Source: a virus | Reading direction: 5' to 3' (one strand) | Length of the DNA: 64,000 nt | Virus record (IMG/VR): IMGVR_UViG_3300043436_003813 | Coordinates: 6,355 to 70,354 of that record | Shown: positions 18,221 to 27,901 of the stretch, piece by piece | Position numbering within the stretch: the first letter of the stretch is position 1 | Layout: each line of letters starts with the position of its first letter | Program-made: the position numbers and the translations under genes | Notes under the pieces: model-generated | Told to the model about the DNA's origin: nothing | What the model saw: only the letters and a program-made list of their open reading frames with translations | The model's database searches: none

Positions 18221-18660
18221 TATTTTATCTCCTTGAAGTAGTGGGTTTCAGTCGGGACGTATCCCATTCGCTCGTATAGCGCGGAAAGTTTGTCTGCCTT
18301 CAGGGCGGAGAGATGCACCATGCCGATGCGCTTGCATCCCTGTTCGCGCGCCAACTTCTCGTAAGCCAAGAGTAGGCGCACTCCATTGCCGCGATGCTCT
18401 TCCTTCACATACCAAAATGCTTCCGTAGCCACCAATTCTCCGTCGTTGATGTCCGGCCACATGAAGAAGCCAAGGATGCCCACCAACTTGCCCTCACTCC
18501 ATTGACCAAGGATGCCGCCGGAACCGTTGGCCGTAGCACGCTTCCACGTCCCTACAAACTTGGCGGGGACAAACGAGCCCGGCAACTTGCCCTCGGCCCA
18601 AAACAGCGAGCCGAACTCAACCGCAAGCGGAACCTGCTCAACTGTGAGTTGGGTAATCAT
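18220..18660 (-). CDS. GNAT acetyltransferase
   Basis: ATEAFWYVKEEHRGNG..LL motif A; LYERMGY motif B. Confidence 0.85.
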   Translation of the reverse strand: MITQLTVEQVPLAVEFGSLFWAEGKLPGSFVPAKFVGTWKRATANGSGGILGQWSEGKLVGILGFFMWPDINDGELVATEAFWYVKEEHRGNGVRLLLAYEKLAREQGCKRIGMVHLSALKADKLSALYERMGYVPTETHYFKEIK

Positions 18661-19253
18661 CGCTTGTTGAAGAAGCCCACCCAGATGAGCCGGCCATCCG
18701 AGGCGTCATTGCCCCATGCGTCACGGGGGAACCGGGCATGGAACATCGCAGTCTCATAGACCACGAGACGATTGAACTTCTGCGGCAAGAGGCCGATCAT
18801 GTCCCACTTGCTATCATCGTTTCCGTCCGCGTTCAGATTGTCCACAAAGGTCTGTTCGTCATAGCCCTTGGCGTCCATCCACTCCTTCGTTACCATGCGG
18901 TCAATGCCTAGCTTCTTGTGGCGATAGAGGCCGGTTCCGGCCACGGTGCCAGCAGGGGGCTCCGACAGATACCAGACACATGCGTGCGTGGCGCAATCCC
19001 CGTCCGCATGGATGTGCGTAGTGGGCTTTTCCTCCTTAGTGCCGAGCCGGAAGTATTGGATGCGAAGGTCAATCGGGCACCCAATCGCAGCGCCAACATA
19101 TCCATCTATCAACTCAGGCAACCATTCCGTGGACATGCCCGTATAACTATGACCAAGGAACTCCTTCGTGCCGTAGTTGAGGTGCATGGCTGCACGACGC
19201 ACCGCCTCTGGGGCAGGGTAGAAGTCGTCAACGATGAGGGTGGTGGTTCGCAT
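18657..19253 (-). CDS. 2OG-Fe(II) oxygenase (DUF6445-like)
   Basis: IVDDFYPAP, HIHAD (HxD), GTGLYRH, KFNRLVVY...FHAR, RLIWVGFF. Confidence 0.8.
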   Translation of the reverse strand: MRTTTLIVDDFYPAPEAVRRAAMHLNYGTKEFLGHSYTGMSTEWLPELIDGYVGAAIGCPIDLRIQYFRLGTKEEKPTTHIHADGDCATHACVWYLSEPPAGTVAGTGLYRHKKLGIDRMVTKEWMDAKGYDEQTFVDNLNADGNDDSKWDMIGLLPQKFNRLVVYETAMFHARFPRDAWGNDASDGRLIWVGFFNKR

Positions 19254-20173
19254 TATTGATAGCGGATGATTTTGTTTACTGTCAGAGAGGGCTGGAGATT
19301 AGCATGCGCCGCGCCCGTGCCAGACGTAGCGGTGGTGCCGGCGTCGGGTTCGCCCGTGGCCTTGGCCAGCGCGTAGGACCGGTCGCCAACGTCGCGACCA
19401 GTTGCGAGATATTCAGTGGAAAGCAGAAGTGGGCCAGCAGCAGACACCTCTTGCTTGGCCAGCAAATGCCCGTGGGGGCCGTTCTGCGTGGCGGTGAGGG
19501 ACACCCCCTCGGTTCCTCGCTTCGAGCCCAAGGACCATGCCGTAGCGTCCGTAGCGTCGCCCGTGCCCGATCCCACGGCCACGCGGCCACGGAAGTCCGG
19601 TAGATTGAATGTCGTGCTGCCGTCGCCCACGCCGTAGGTGGTGCCGATGACGGCAAAGAGGGCGGCGTATTGGCCACGAAGCACAGCCGCGCCGTTACAA
19701 ATCAGGAAGTCTTGGGGGGCCGTGTTCGTCGGCCAGTCGTGCATCACGCCCACCGGGGCCAGGTTGGGCTTGTTCGTGATGTTGGCGTAGTCAGTGGGGA
19801 AGGCCACCCACTGAGAGGCTTGCCACTTGCGGACATCAAGAGGGGTGCCGTCTGCCGCGATGCGAAACCAGATGTCGTAGTCCGCGCTGGACGGGGTGAC
19901 ATCCGTAACGATGTAGCGCAGGCTCTTTTGGGCTAGCTTTTGCGGCTGGTAGTTGCCGGTATCGTAGTCAAAGTAATACCACGTGCTCTCCGTCGTCAGG
20001 AAGTGGGGGCCGGTATCAGAAGAGGGGAGGACCGCGCCGGACGTGAACAGGCTATACGACTGGCTTGTTGAGGCAGAGAGACGTTGCGCGATGGCATCTG
20101 CGATGCCTTGTGGGGTATAACTCTGGTCCAGCGGCAGAGCGCCAACTGTAAACGTGATGGGGAGGTCTGGCAT
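19253..20173 (-). CDS. Short tail fibre with tail-collar domain
   Basis: PVGVMHDWP...FLICNG..VLRGQYAALFAVIGTTYG.GDGSTTFNLPDFRGR; HANLQP..TVNKIIRY. Confidence 0.85.
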   Translation of the reverse strand: MPDLPITFTVGALPLDQSYTPQGIADAIAQRLSASTSQSYSLFTSGAVLPSSDTGPHFLTTESTWYYFDYDTGNYQPQKLAQKSLRYIVTDVTPSSADYDIWFRIAADGTPLDVRKWQASQWVAFPTDYANITNKPNLAPVGVMHDWPTNTAPQDFLICNGAAVLRGQYAALFAVIGTTYGVGDGSTTFNLPDFRGRVAVGSGTGDATDATAWSLGSKRGTEGVSLTATQNGPHGHLLAKQEVSAAGPLLLSTEYLATGRDVGDRSYALAKATGEPDAGTTATSGTGAAHANLQPSLTVNKIIRYQ

Positions 20174-20209
20174 GACGTTTAGCGTTTGGGTGTGCTGTGC
20201 TTGGCAAGC
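20174..20209 (-). promoter_or_regulatory. Late-promoter-like motif, copy 1
   Basis: GCTTGCCAAGCAC-N11-ACGCTA-N6-ATG; same motif and spacing at 31153-31188. Confidence 0.6.
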
Positions 20210-20344
20210 CTAAACTACAATGGCTTGTGAGATACCGTCGCTTGTGTCGCTCGTATCAGATACGCAGTCGCACACGGGGGCGCGGTAGTCGATGTCCAAG
20301 ATTTGGACCGTGTAGGGAAGGAGGCTGGCGAAGGGGAGCGGCAT
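20210..20344 (-). CDS. 44-aa protein (not in the track)
   Basis: MPLPFASLLPYTVQILDIDYRAPVCDCVSDTSDTSDGISQAIVV*; fills the gap exactly. Confidence 0.5.
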   Translation of the reverse strand: MPLPFASLLPYTVQILDIDYRAPVCDCVSDTSDTSDGISQAIVV

Positions 20345-20345
20345 A

Positions 20346-20687
20346 TTATTCGTGTTCCATGCCCCACTTGGCGAGGGGGCAGATTGATGTCTTCCACGTG
20401 AGCTTGATGCCCGAGCACCCGCATTGCTTGCAGCGCCCCATCCCGCCCCAGCCGCTCGGTTCCCAGCTCGTGCATTGAGCGCAGATGGCTAGACGGGCCT
20501 CGTGGGTTTCCTTGCGCACGGTCTTAAAGCCGGAGGAGGCGTGGGCATAGATGGCCTTCGCCAGCCCGCGCGCCTGCTCATACATGCTTGGCCCCATGTC
20601 CATCTCCCGCTTGGCGTTTAGAGCAACTTGAGACGGCGGCACCTTGGGGACGTGGACGGGGTGGGTAATCTTTACTATCTTGGCCAT
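20346..20687 (-). CDS. Small Cys-rich protein (DUF6171-like)
   Basis: RLAICAQC...RCKQCGC..IKLTW...CPLAKW. Confidence 0.7.
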   Translation of the reverse strand: MAKIVKITHPVHVPKVPPSQVALNAKREMDMGPSMYEQARGLAKAIYAHASSGFKTVRKETHEARLAICAQCTSWEPSGWGGMGRCKQCGCSGIKLTWKTSICPLAKWGMEHE

Positions 20688-20688
20688 G

Positions 20689-23600
20689 TTACACCTCAAT
20701 CGCTTCGCCGCCACCATCGGACGTATCTGACGTGCAATCCACCAAGGACTCCGCTTGGGCTAGCGCGGCGGCAAGGGCTAGCGTATCGGCATCCATCTGG
20801 CTGATAGCAGAGTTGTAGGTGTTGAAGGCCACCGTGGCAGACGCACAGCGGTCGGGGATGAACTCACAGCAGTAGGTGGCGCTTTGTTCCGTGTTGGTCC
20901 AGAAGCAATCAAGGGCATCCGTGGCCTGTTCCGTGGCGTCCGCGAGGGCGAGCGCGTTGGCCTCCGATACGGTGTCAGCCGTGTAGGTGCCAGCCGGAAT
21001 CGCGACGGTGACAGGGTTGCCGATGGCCGAGCCCGGAGGAACCACGCCGTCAAGGACGAGGGTGCCGGGGCAGGTGGCCGTATAGGACTGCGCCTCGTTA
21101 CCGTAGATGCACTCAAGCTGGGCTTGCGCCGCTGCTGTGGCCTGAGCCAAGGCGTAGTCGTAGGCGAGGCGGTCGGCCTGCACTTGTGAGCGGGCGGTGA
21201 ACGCACACTCGGGCACAGTGAAGGAGGAGGTTACGTCGCCGTCACAGGGGATGTCGCCAGAAAGCACCTCGACATTACTGATTTGGACAGTGAAACCTTG
21301 ATATGCGGGAAGCGTGTATTCAATCGTATCAATGGCTGAGTCCGCCACGAACTCAATGTTCACCGTTTCAATCACCACATCTCCGCCCGCATTCGGCGCC
21401 TTGCTTAGGGACACAGTGGCCGTGTAGGTGTTGCCCGGCGTCAGTGGCTCTCCGACCGTGCCTATCGTAAGGGTCGTGATTACTGCGGTGCCCGTGAAGG
21501 TAAATGACGAAATAGATTCGGGCGGCTGGTTGCCGGTGAATGTTACGCTTGAGACACAGGAGGTTCCCGGGGTGCCAGACAGAACAAGGACATCCGCAAT
21601 GTGGACCTCATCGAGAAGTTCCTCTGAGCCGGTTCCAGACCACGTTCTATCAGGGCACCCCGAGTAGGTGGCCGTGGTAAGGCTAGTAAGTGTCTTCGAC
21701 ACTTTGTTTCCGGTGCCACAAAAACTGGCTGCATTTACCTCTAGGTTCACCCCCAGGCTTAGCCTAGACGTTGTTTTACCAATACCCCACTCGTTTTGGA
21801 TAAACGGTGCCCCATCAGCGCAAGCCGGAGGCACTTGAAAAGCGCGGGAATAAGTGGTGAATTGTCCGTATTGCGTGAAGCCTCCGCAGCCAAGAATGGC
21901 AGAACCCCCAAGGGTGTAGCGGTATTCGTATCCACAGCCAACGAACGTGCTCGAAAGAAACTCGCCAGACATGGAGCGCGTGCTCCACTTGCGGTATTGG
22001 CCAGACCAGGTGGCTGGGCTTCCGGCGCTATACGTTCCGTCGTCAAAGGCCGAGAACCCGCAAAGTTGTCCGCTGCCGGTATAGCTAGCACACCCAATGG
22101 ACACGGGGATACTGCCGTCGCACACACGGATGCCGTTGCCGCAATTCACGGAGGCCGTCACCGTCTGCTCCACATTGCAGAACAGGGGCTCGCCACATTG
22201 GCCGTCCGCGTAGCATTGAGCCTTCGTCAGCGCGGCACACGCCGCCTTGTTGTCCGCATCCGTCTGGCTGATGATGGACGTAGCATTGGCCGTAAATAGA
22301 GCCGTTCCTCCGCAAGTCGTATTGGACGACGAGAATGACCCCGTGCCTGTAATGGCAGGGAATGGCTCACAAGACAGGAAGAACGAGAAGTCGCTGGCCC
22401 CGTTGTCCGCCACGGAGCGCGGCCCCTCTTCATCCGCCTCGCAACGTCCAGAAAGATATTCCACCGGCTCGGGGTCTGCGAAGATGCGATAACCGTAGAT
22501 GCCGGCCCGCCCACTCCACACCATGAGGAGACTGAAAGCGCGATCCACCCATGCAGGCTTGCCGTCGTCCTCCACGCCGCACTCTTGGCACGTGGACTCG
22601 GTGCTGTTGGCCTCAGACGTGCGGAGCGTGCGAGACTGCGGACGGTTGCCCGCGAACTTGTTGCCAGTCTCGCTATACTGTCCGTCTTCGTAAATCTGCC
22701 CAGCCGTGGCCTCCATCTGCTTGGTCATCACTCGCGTCCAGCCACCCTTCGTGGACTTATACGCAACCATCATGGCGACCGAGCCATACACCTCCTTCAA
22801 ATACATCTCGGCGTAGCGGAATCGCTTGTATTCCATGTTGCCGAAATTGTGCTCGCGGGTTTGCAGGGCGCACGTAATCGGGCACCCGTTGTCCGTCCGC
22901 TCGGGCAGCATGGCCTCCCACACGCGGCACTTGCCGTCGTAGTCTTTGGAGAGAAAGAACAGGCGTTCGTTTCCGTCAACGATAGCCCGCGCCCACTCCA
23001 CCGGACGCCACCCCATCCACCAGCTATTCCAGCTATTGGCCGAAACCCCCGAGGCAGGGAAGGGGTCTTGGTCGAGCACCCACGTATGGCGGTTCCACAC
23101 GTCGCCAGAGGGCACGGACATCAGCAGGTAGTTCTCATAGAACGCCCCGCATATCATGGACAGGTCGGGCGAGAGATTGCTCTTACTGCCCATCACTTCC
23201 ATGTCCTGAAGCAATAGCTTGGACGTGATGTTCTGCCGGAGCGCGGCATCAAGGCTGGTGATGCCCTTGGTGGAGAACCACCAGATGAGCCCGTATTGCA
23301 CCTCAATGGAGCGGGGTGCCACGCAACCGATCTTGGGGAGAATGAGCTTCTGGAAGTCCGGCGTATTCAGCCATTGCGTTCTATCAGTGATAGACGAGCG
23401 AATGAGCGTGCCGGTGTCTGAGGTGAAGACGAGGATGCCAGACTGGTCAGAAAGCTCCACCATGCCCGTGCAATCGTCGGGGAGATAGAACGCTCGCCCC
23501 TCATTGAGATACTGGCTTTCCGTGAACTTGAGGGGGTTGCCGATGTCAGAGGCAAACACCTGCCCGTCCTTGGCCACCCACAAGCGGTTATTCGACCACT

Positions 23601-24351
23601 CCATCCAGAGGCCAATCTTGGTTTCGTCAAAGCCTTCCTTGGTGCCGGGCTCGGGAATGTCCACGGACCAGCCGGTGCCCTCGGGGTCAGTGGGTGCGGA
23701 CGGCAGCGTATCCGAGCGGAGGTAGCGCACGCGCACGGTGTCGGTCCCGTAGGCGGTTGGGGCATCGTAATCGCCCGAGGCGAGGTCAACGGGACTGGAC
23801 CAACTCTGAACGAAGGTGCCGTTGGAGGCGATGACTGCCGCCGTCACCCATAGCGTGGTCGGGGTGGACTGCGTGGGGTTGAGGTGGCGGGCGGTGTTGC
23901 CGTCCCAATAGGCGGCGCGGGTCTGCCCATCCTGCATGACGAGGACAGACTTCGGGGCGGCGAGCGGGAACAATACCCCGTCCTTGTCGTAGTCCGTGCT
24001 CTGAAGGCAGGTGACGAAGGAGACGTATTTGGCCTGCGGGGAGAACGCGATGCCCTCCAGCCGCGTCCATTCCGCGAACGGGGCTTGCGAGACATACACG
24101 TAGCCGTCCACTGCGAGGACGTGGGAGGTGACGCCGCCCGTAGGCTGGAAGATGTAGAAGCCCTGTGGGTTATCGTGCGTCGGGGCGCAAGCTGTCACGC
24201 GCGTGCCGGGGCGTGTCTGCACGATGCCGCCACGGCTCACAGTGTTCATGGAGGCAACGTATTCATTGCGCTCTAGCGACTGCGGATCAGAGAATGAATC
24301 CAGCCCAAAGAAGGAGCCGGAGCCATCCAGAAGTGGTTGCAGCTCAGCCAT
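20689..24351 (-). CDS. Tail nozzle / DNA stabilisation protein with a C-terminal Cys-rich extension (DUF5977-like repeats)
   Basis: beta-propeller-like N-terminal half (WSNNRLWVA..GQVFASDIGNP, IGCVAPRSI); repeats SIISQTDADNKA, ARSQVQADRLA, ADTVSEANALA, SAISQMDADTLA. Confidence 0.7.
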   Translation of the reverse strand: MAELQPLLDGSGSFFGLDSFSDPQSLERNEYVASMNTVSRGGIVQTRPGTRVTACAPTHDNPQGFYIFQPTGGVTSHVLAVDGYVYVSQAPFAEWTRLEGIAFSPQAKYVSFVTCLQSTDYDKDGVLFPLAAPKSVLVMQDGQTRAAYWDGNTARHLNPTQSTPTTLWVTAAVIASNGTFVQSWSSPVDLASGDYDAPTAYGTDTVRVRYLRSDTLPSAPTDPEGTGWSVDIPEPGTKEGFDETKIGLWMEWSNNRLWVAKDGQVFASDIGNPLKFTESQYLNEGRAFYLPDDCTGMVELSDQSGILVFTSDTGTLIRSSITDRTQWLNTPDFQKLILPKIGCVAPRSIEVQYGLIWWFSTKGITSLDAALRQNITSKLLLQDMEVMGSKSNLSPDLSMICGAFYENYLLMSVPSGDVWNRHTWVLDQDPFPASGVSANSWNSWWMGWRPVEWARAIVDGNERLFFLSKDYDGKCRVWEAMLPERTDNGCPITCALQTREHNFGNMEYKRFRYAEMYLKEVYGSVAMMVAYKSTKGGWTRVMTKQMEATAGQIYEDGQYSETGNKFAGNRPQSRTLRTSEANSTESTCQECGVEDDGKPAWVDRAFSLLMVWSGRAGIYGYRIFADPEPVEYLSGRCEADEEGPRSVADNGASDFSFFLSCEPFPAITGTGSFSSSNTTCGGTALFTANATSIISQTDADNKAACAALTKAQCYADGQCGEPLFCNVEQTVTASVNCGNGIRVCDGSIPVSIGCASYTGSGQLCGFSAFDDGTYSAGSPATWSGQYRKWSTRSMSGEFLSSTFVGCGYEYRYTLGGSAILGCGGFTQYGQFTTYSRAFQVPPACADGAPFIQNEWGIGKTTSRLSLGVNLEVNAASFCGTGNKVSKTLTSLTTATYSGCPDRTWSGTGSEELLDEVHIADVLVLSGTPGTSCVSSVTFTGNQPPESISSFTFTGTAVITTLTIGTVGEPLTPGNTYTATVSLSKAPNAGGDVVIETVNIEFVADSAIDTIEYTLPAYQGFTVQISNVEVLSGDIPCDGDVTSSFTVPECAFTARSQVQADRLAYDYALAQATAAAQAQLECIYGNEAQSYTATCPGTLVLDGVVPPGSAIGNPVTVAIPAGTYTADTVSEANALALADATEQATDALDCFWTNTEQSATYCCEFIPDRCASATVAFNTYNSAISQMDADTLALAAALAQAESLVDCTSDTSDGGGEAIEV

Positions 24352-24353
24352 TT

Positions 24354-25307
24354 TCAGTAGTAAAGGCGGTCTTCTTCGTCGTTGTTAGACTGCGAGGTAT
24401 AGATTACAGTAATGCCATCGGACGTGACGGGACGCCCCGCCTCCACGGCATCATTCAGGATGCGCACTGCTTCGGCCTCCGCGCTGCGGGCAAGCTCGTA
24501 TTGGTTGGCCTCGCGGAACTTCACTGCCTTGCACATCTGCAAGAGGGCTTCCCGGTTATCAACGTTGATCCAGTCGTTCGGGCCACGAAGCTCCAAGTCC
24601 TTGCGGCGATACTTTACGCGCACCCACGACTTGGCGGAGACGCGCAGGCGGCGGTAGCGGGGGGCGGTCTCGTAGGGCTGGTAGTAGCCAATCTGCGTGA
24701 CGCTCGTGCTGTCGGCTGGGTCAATGGCCACGAGGCGGATAAACCCCTTGGTCTCGTCCTTGGTCACGTAGTCAATCTTGGCGATGGCCGGAACGTCTGG
24801 ATTGCGGTTATGGAAGCCGTAGATGGTAGGGACAAGGAAGCCGTCTTGCGGATTGCCGTTAGCGTCCAGCGTGTAGATGCGCTTGCCGTTTGCATCCCAG
24901 CCATAGACGCGGAGCTTCTTGCTGTTGTCTGATACGGTCTCCGTCTGTGCCACGAGATAGACAGGGATGCTCGGGTCACGGTAGGTGGAGACGAGGCCGA
25001 GTTCGTCGCTGTATCCGCAGGGCGTGCATTTCTGGTAGCCCGCGCCGGAGAGGCTATACTGAAACCACTGCGAGCGGGTGAACGTGGGCTGGCCATCCAC
25101 CGTGACGGCTTGCACGGCGTCCACCTCCATTGGGAGAGTGACGAGCCCGCCATACACACAGAAGTCTGCCTCCGCCAACTGGAGGTCAACGACACCCTTG
25201 TTGTTCAGCGCGCGGACAGCATCGGTGAGACGGCGGTAGAGCTTCGCGTCGGCGCAGCTCCCCATGACATCTTTTACGTCTTCTATCAGCTCGGAAACAA
25301 GGGGCAT
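24354..25307 (-). CDS. Tail adaptor / tail tubular protein A-like
   Basis: 317 aa; position before the nozzle gene; helical termini. Confidence 0.55.
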   Translation of the reverse strand: MPLVSELIEDVKDVMGSCADAKLYRRLTDAVRALNNKGVVDLQLAEADFCVYGGLVTLPMEVDAVQAVTVDGQPTFTRSQWFQYSLSGAGYQKCTPCGYSDELGLVSTYRDPSIPVYLVAQTETVSDNSKKLRVYGWDANGKRIYTLDANGNPQDGFLVPTIYGFHNRNPDVPAIAKIDYVTKDETKGFIRLVAIDPADSTSVTQIGYYQPYETAPRYRRLRVSAKSWVRVKYRRKDLELRGPNDWINVDNREALLQMCKAVKFREANQYELARSAEAEAVRILNDAVEAGRPVTSDGITVIYTSQSNNDEEDRLYY

Positions 25308-25310
25308 AGA

Positions 25311-25670
25311 TTAGTCCTCGTAGTCGGTGTCTTTGCCCATAACGGCACGCTCAAGGGCAGCGGCGGTGTCCACCACTTCAATCTCCTCAGACTCTTCCTC
25401 GTCTTCGACTTCACCCATAGGCTTCATGGACTTCACCTCAAGCTCCATGCTCACCTTGGTTTCGTCATCCCGCGTGCTCTTGGTCATGGAGCACACCTTC
25501 ACTTTGGCGAGGATGTAGAAGTCGCCCTCGGGGAGGTCGGGGATGTCTTCAAGGTCGCTGATGTAGAGCGATGGGTAGGACTTCTTGCCCTTCTCCTTCT
25601 TGTCGGGGGGCGGGCAGCAGGGGCCGGAGTCATACTCGCGGCCAAGATCAATCATGTCGGTGGTATCCAT
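25311..25670 (-). CDS. Acidic virion-associated hypothetical protein
   Basis: YPSLYI...LPEGDFYILAKVKV...SMELEV pattern. Confidence 0.55.
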   Translation of the reverse strand: MDTTDMIDLGREYDSGPCCPPPDKKEKGKKSYPSLYISDLEDIPDLPEGDFYILAKVKVCSMTKSTRDDETKVSMELEVKSMKPMGEVEDEEESEEIEVVDTAAALERAVMGKDTDYED

Positions 25671-25809
25671 AAGGCTTTCAGAGTAGAATTGCTACGAGGG
25701 CGGCAAGGGTAAATAGAGCCAAGGCCACGTGCCAAAGCTCGATCTTGGCGCGCGGACTCAGGCCGCGACGGGTGGGGGGTGTAGGGTCGGCGGGCATGGC
25801 GCGTATCCG

Positions 25810-27723
25810 CTAGGCCGATACCTCGATGGTCCAGTATTGCGCGGGCGGGTCGATGGCACCGCCGGTCGTATTGAGCACGCGCAGCTCAACGTTGTCGGTC
25901 GTGAGCACCGGCGGCAGCACGACGAGGCCGGACGGAAGGGCGCTGGTCGGGGTGGCCCGAACACTCATGCCGACAGAAACCAGCGGCACGGTGACGTTCA
26001 CGCTGCCCTCAGCGCCCGCCGCGATGCTGCCGAAATCTACGCTCAGGCGCCGGTAGCGGATGCCGTTGAGCACGCGGATCAATTGGTCTCGGATCATCTG
26101 GTGGCCGAGGGTGGAGAAATGCACGCCGTCGCCCTGCAACGTGGTCGAGGGGCTAGCAATGTCGGAGAATAAATAATAGGCGTCCGCGTAATCCACGCCA
26201 GCGGTTCGCGCGGCAGCGATGCCGGCGTTTGAGTAGGCGGTGTTCTTAGTGCTATTCACGCTCGAGCAATAAGGGACGCCAAGAATCACCACGCGCCGGC
26301 CCGTCGCGAGCACAGCGGTCGCAACGTTGCCGATGTTTGTTTGATAGTTTGTGATGACAGTCGCGTTTCCGTTCGTGGTCGCGTCAGTCAAAATCATATC
26401 GTTAGTCCCGGTTGCGAGAATAACGACACTGGCACTCGGTCGATTTACCGCATTAACTTGGATATCCACCAAGCGCGGAATAATTGCCACCGTATCGCTA
26501 GTTCGTCGTCCGGGCATGGAGCCGTTCACCTCACGGAGCCCAAGCCGGCGGCTCAACAACACCGACCAGCGAGTAGCGTTCGCCCCTAGCCCGAATCCGT
26601 TTGAGTCGCCTACTACATTTAGCGCGGCAGAGCAGGGCTGCGGACGGACCGCGTTGACGAAATCCATCGCGGCGCGATTCAGAGAAAGCGCCTGAGCGTC
26701 GGTAAGGGCAGAGCCGACGCTGAAAAAATGCAGGGTGCCGGTCGTGGTGTATGGATTGTTGTCCGGGGCGTGCCCACGGAGCAGTAGGATTTCCGCGTTG
26801 AGATTTACAGAGGTAGGCGTCGAAGACCCGCTAGATTGAATCGACCCATCGGCGCACGCGACCAATCCGCCCACCCGCCCAGACCACGTGATCGCCCGCA
26901 CGGTGGTATCCGCAGCGCGACCGTAGGTATTGCCGTCATATCGGGTGAGGCCATAGGAATCGCCCGGCGACCACACGGGTTTCGAGTCTGCACCAGCGGG
27001 CGTGGACCCGATGATGTTTGCGACGTTGGAGAAACCGCCGGCAGCAACGCAGCAAAAAGAGAGGTTGCTGCTAGAAAGACCGAGCGCGGTAGGTATCACT
27101 CCAGTGGATACGAACTGAGTTCCGGTGCCGACTAGGCCACCCTCTTGGGTGTAGTTCCCGGGGACAAAATTGGTGCCGGCGGTCGTCACCCCATCCGTGT
27201 TGATCGCCTGCGCCAACGCGACCGCAAGGCTACTGCCGCAAAACGGGAGGATGAGCTTTTGAAGCGCGAACCATCCATCACGCTTTCCGGTCACAACAAG
27301 GCGGTCATAAGCCTCCAAGACAAAGGCGTCGATGGATGATCCTGCCGCAATCACGCGCGCCTCGTAATCGAGCGTCTCGACCTGAAAGCCGCGCACCTGA
27401 GCGGCGACATGCCGCCCCGTGGAGCCGAGCGTCGCCACGCCGTTCGCGGCGCCTTTCTCGGAGGCGGGGATGGCGCCGATGGCGGAGAGCGCAGTGGCTT
27501 GATCCTCGGACGCAAGAACCTCAAGACCGACTGTCCCGGTCGTTAGGTCTGTTCCTCCCTCTTGGGCTAGCTGATTGTTGTTTGCCGCGACTCGCGCAGC
27601 AATCGCATCAACCGGATCAGAGGCGACGTAGGCAGCCGCAGTAGCACCAGCTTCAACCTGATCGGCAAGGGTGAGGCGAAGGTTTTCCGCCGGGGATTTG
27701 AGGGGGTTATAGACGTAGGACAT
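25810..27723 (-). CDS. Tail spike/fibre with lectin-like domain and SGNH/GDSL esterase
   Basis: KGAANGVATL fibre motif; VVGDSNG (block I), GTNDM (block III), DGVHFS (block V). Confidence 0.8.
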   Translation of the reverse strand: MSYVYNPLKSPAENLRLTLADQVEAGATAAAYVASDPVDAIAARVAANNNQLAQEGGTDLTTGTVGLEVLASEDQATALSAIGAIPASEKGAANGVATLGSTGRHVAAQVRGFQVETLDYEARVIAAGSSIDAFVLEAYDRLVVTGKRDGWFALQKLILPFCGSSLAVALAQAINTDGVTTAGTNFVPGNYTQEGGLVGTGTQFVSTGVIPTALGLSSSNLSFCCVAAGGFSNVANIIGSTPAGADSKPVWSPGDSYGLTRYDGNTYGRAADTTVRAITWSGRVGGLVACADGSIQSSGSSTPTSVNLNAEILLLRGHAPDNNPYTTTGTLHFFSVGSALTDAQALSLNRAAMDFVNAVRPQPCSAALNVVGDSNGFGLGANATRWSVLLSRRLGLREVNGSMPGRRTSDTVAIIPRLVDIQVNAVNRPSASVVILATGTNDMILTDATTNGNATVITNYQTNIGNVATAVLATGRRVVILGVPYCSSVNSTKNTAYSNAGIAAARTAGVDYADAYYLFSDIASPSTTLQGDGVHFSTLGHQMIRDQLIRVLNGIRYRRLSVDFGSIAAGAEGSVNVTVPLVSVGMSVRATPTSALPSGLVVLPPVLTTDNVELRVLNTTGGAIDPPAQYWTIEVSA

Positions 27724-27744
27724 TTGAATCAGAAGGGACGAGGG

Positions 27745-27899
27745 TTATGGAGAGTCAACCACCCACACGGGCTCACCGTTTACATACGTGAGAACGGCGG
27801 GATAGGGAGCGCGCCAGCCGGTGCCGTCGTAGCGCCATGAGCGGTCGCCGGACGTGAAACTTGGTCGAGGACCGGGGAGCTTGGGAAGTTTAGGGCCAT
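27745..27899 (-). pseudogene. Frameshifted fibre-N-terminus-like gene MALNFPSSPVLDQV|FTSGDRSWRYDGTGW...VWVVDSP
   Basis: Adding one T at CAA GTT TCA restores a recognisable phage fibre N-terminal motif; span is 155 nt. Confidence 0.6.
27760..27808. repeat. 49-bp direct repeat, copy 1
   Basis: cacccacacgggctcaccgtttacatacgtgagaacggcgggataggga; 2 mismatches to 29750-29798. Confidence 0.9.
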
Positions 27900-27901
27900 G
27901 A

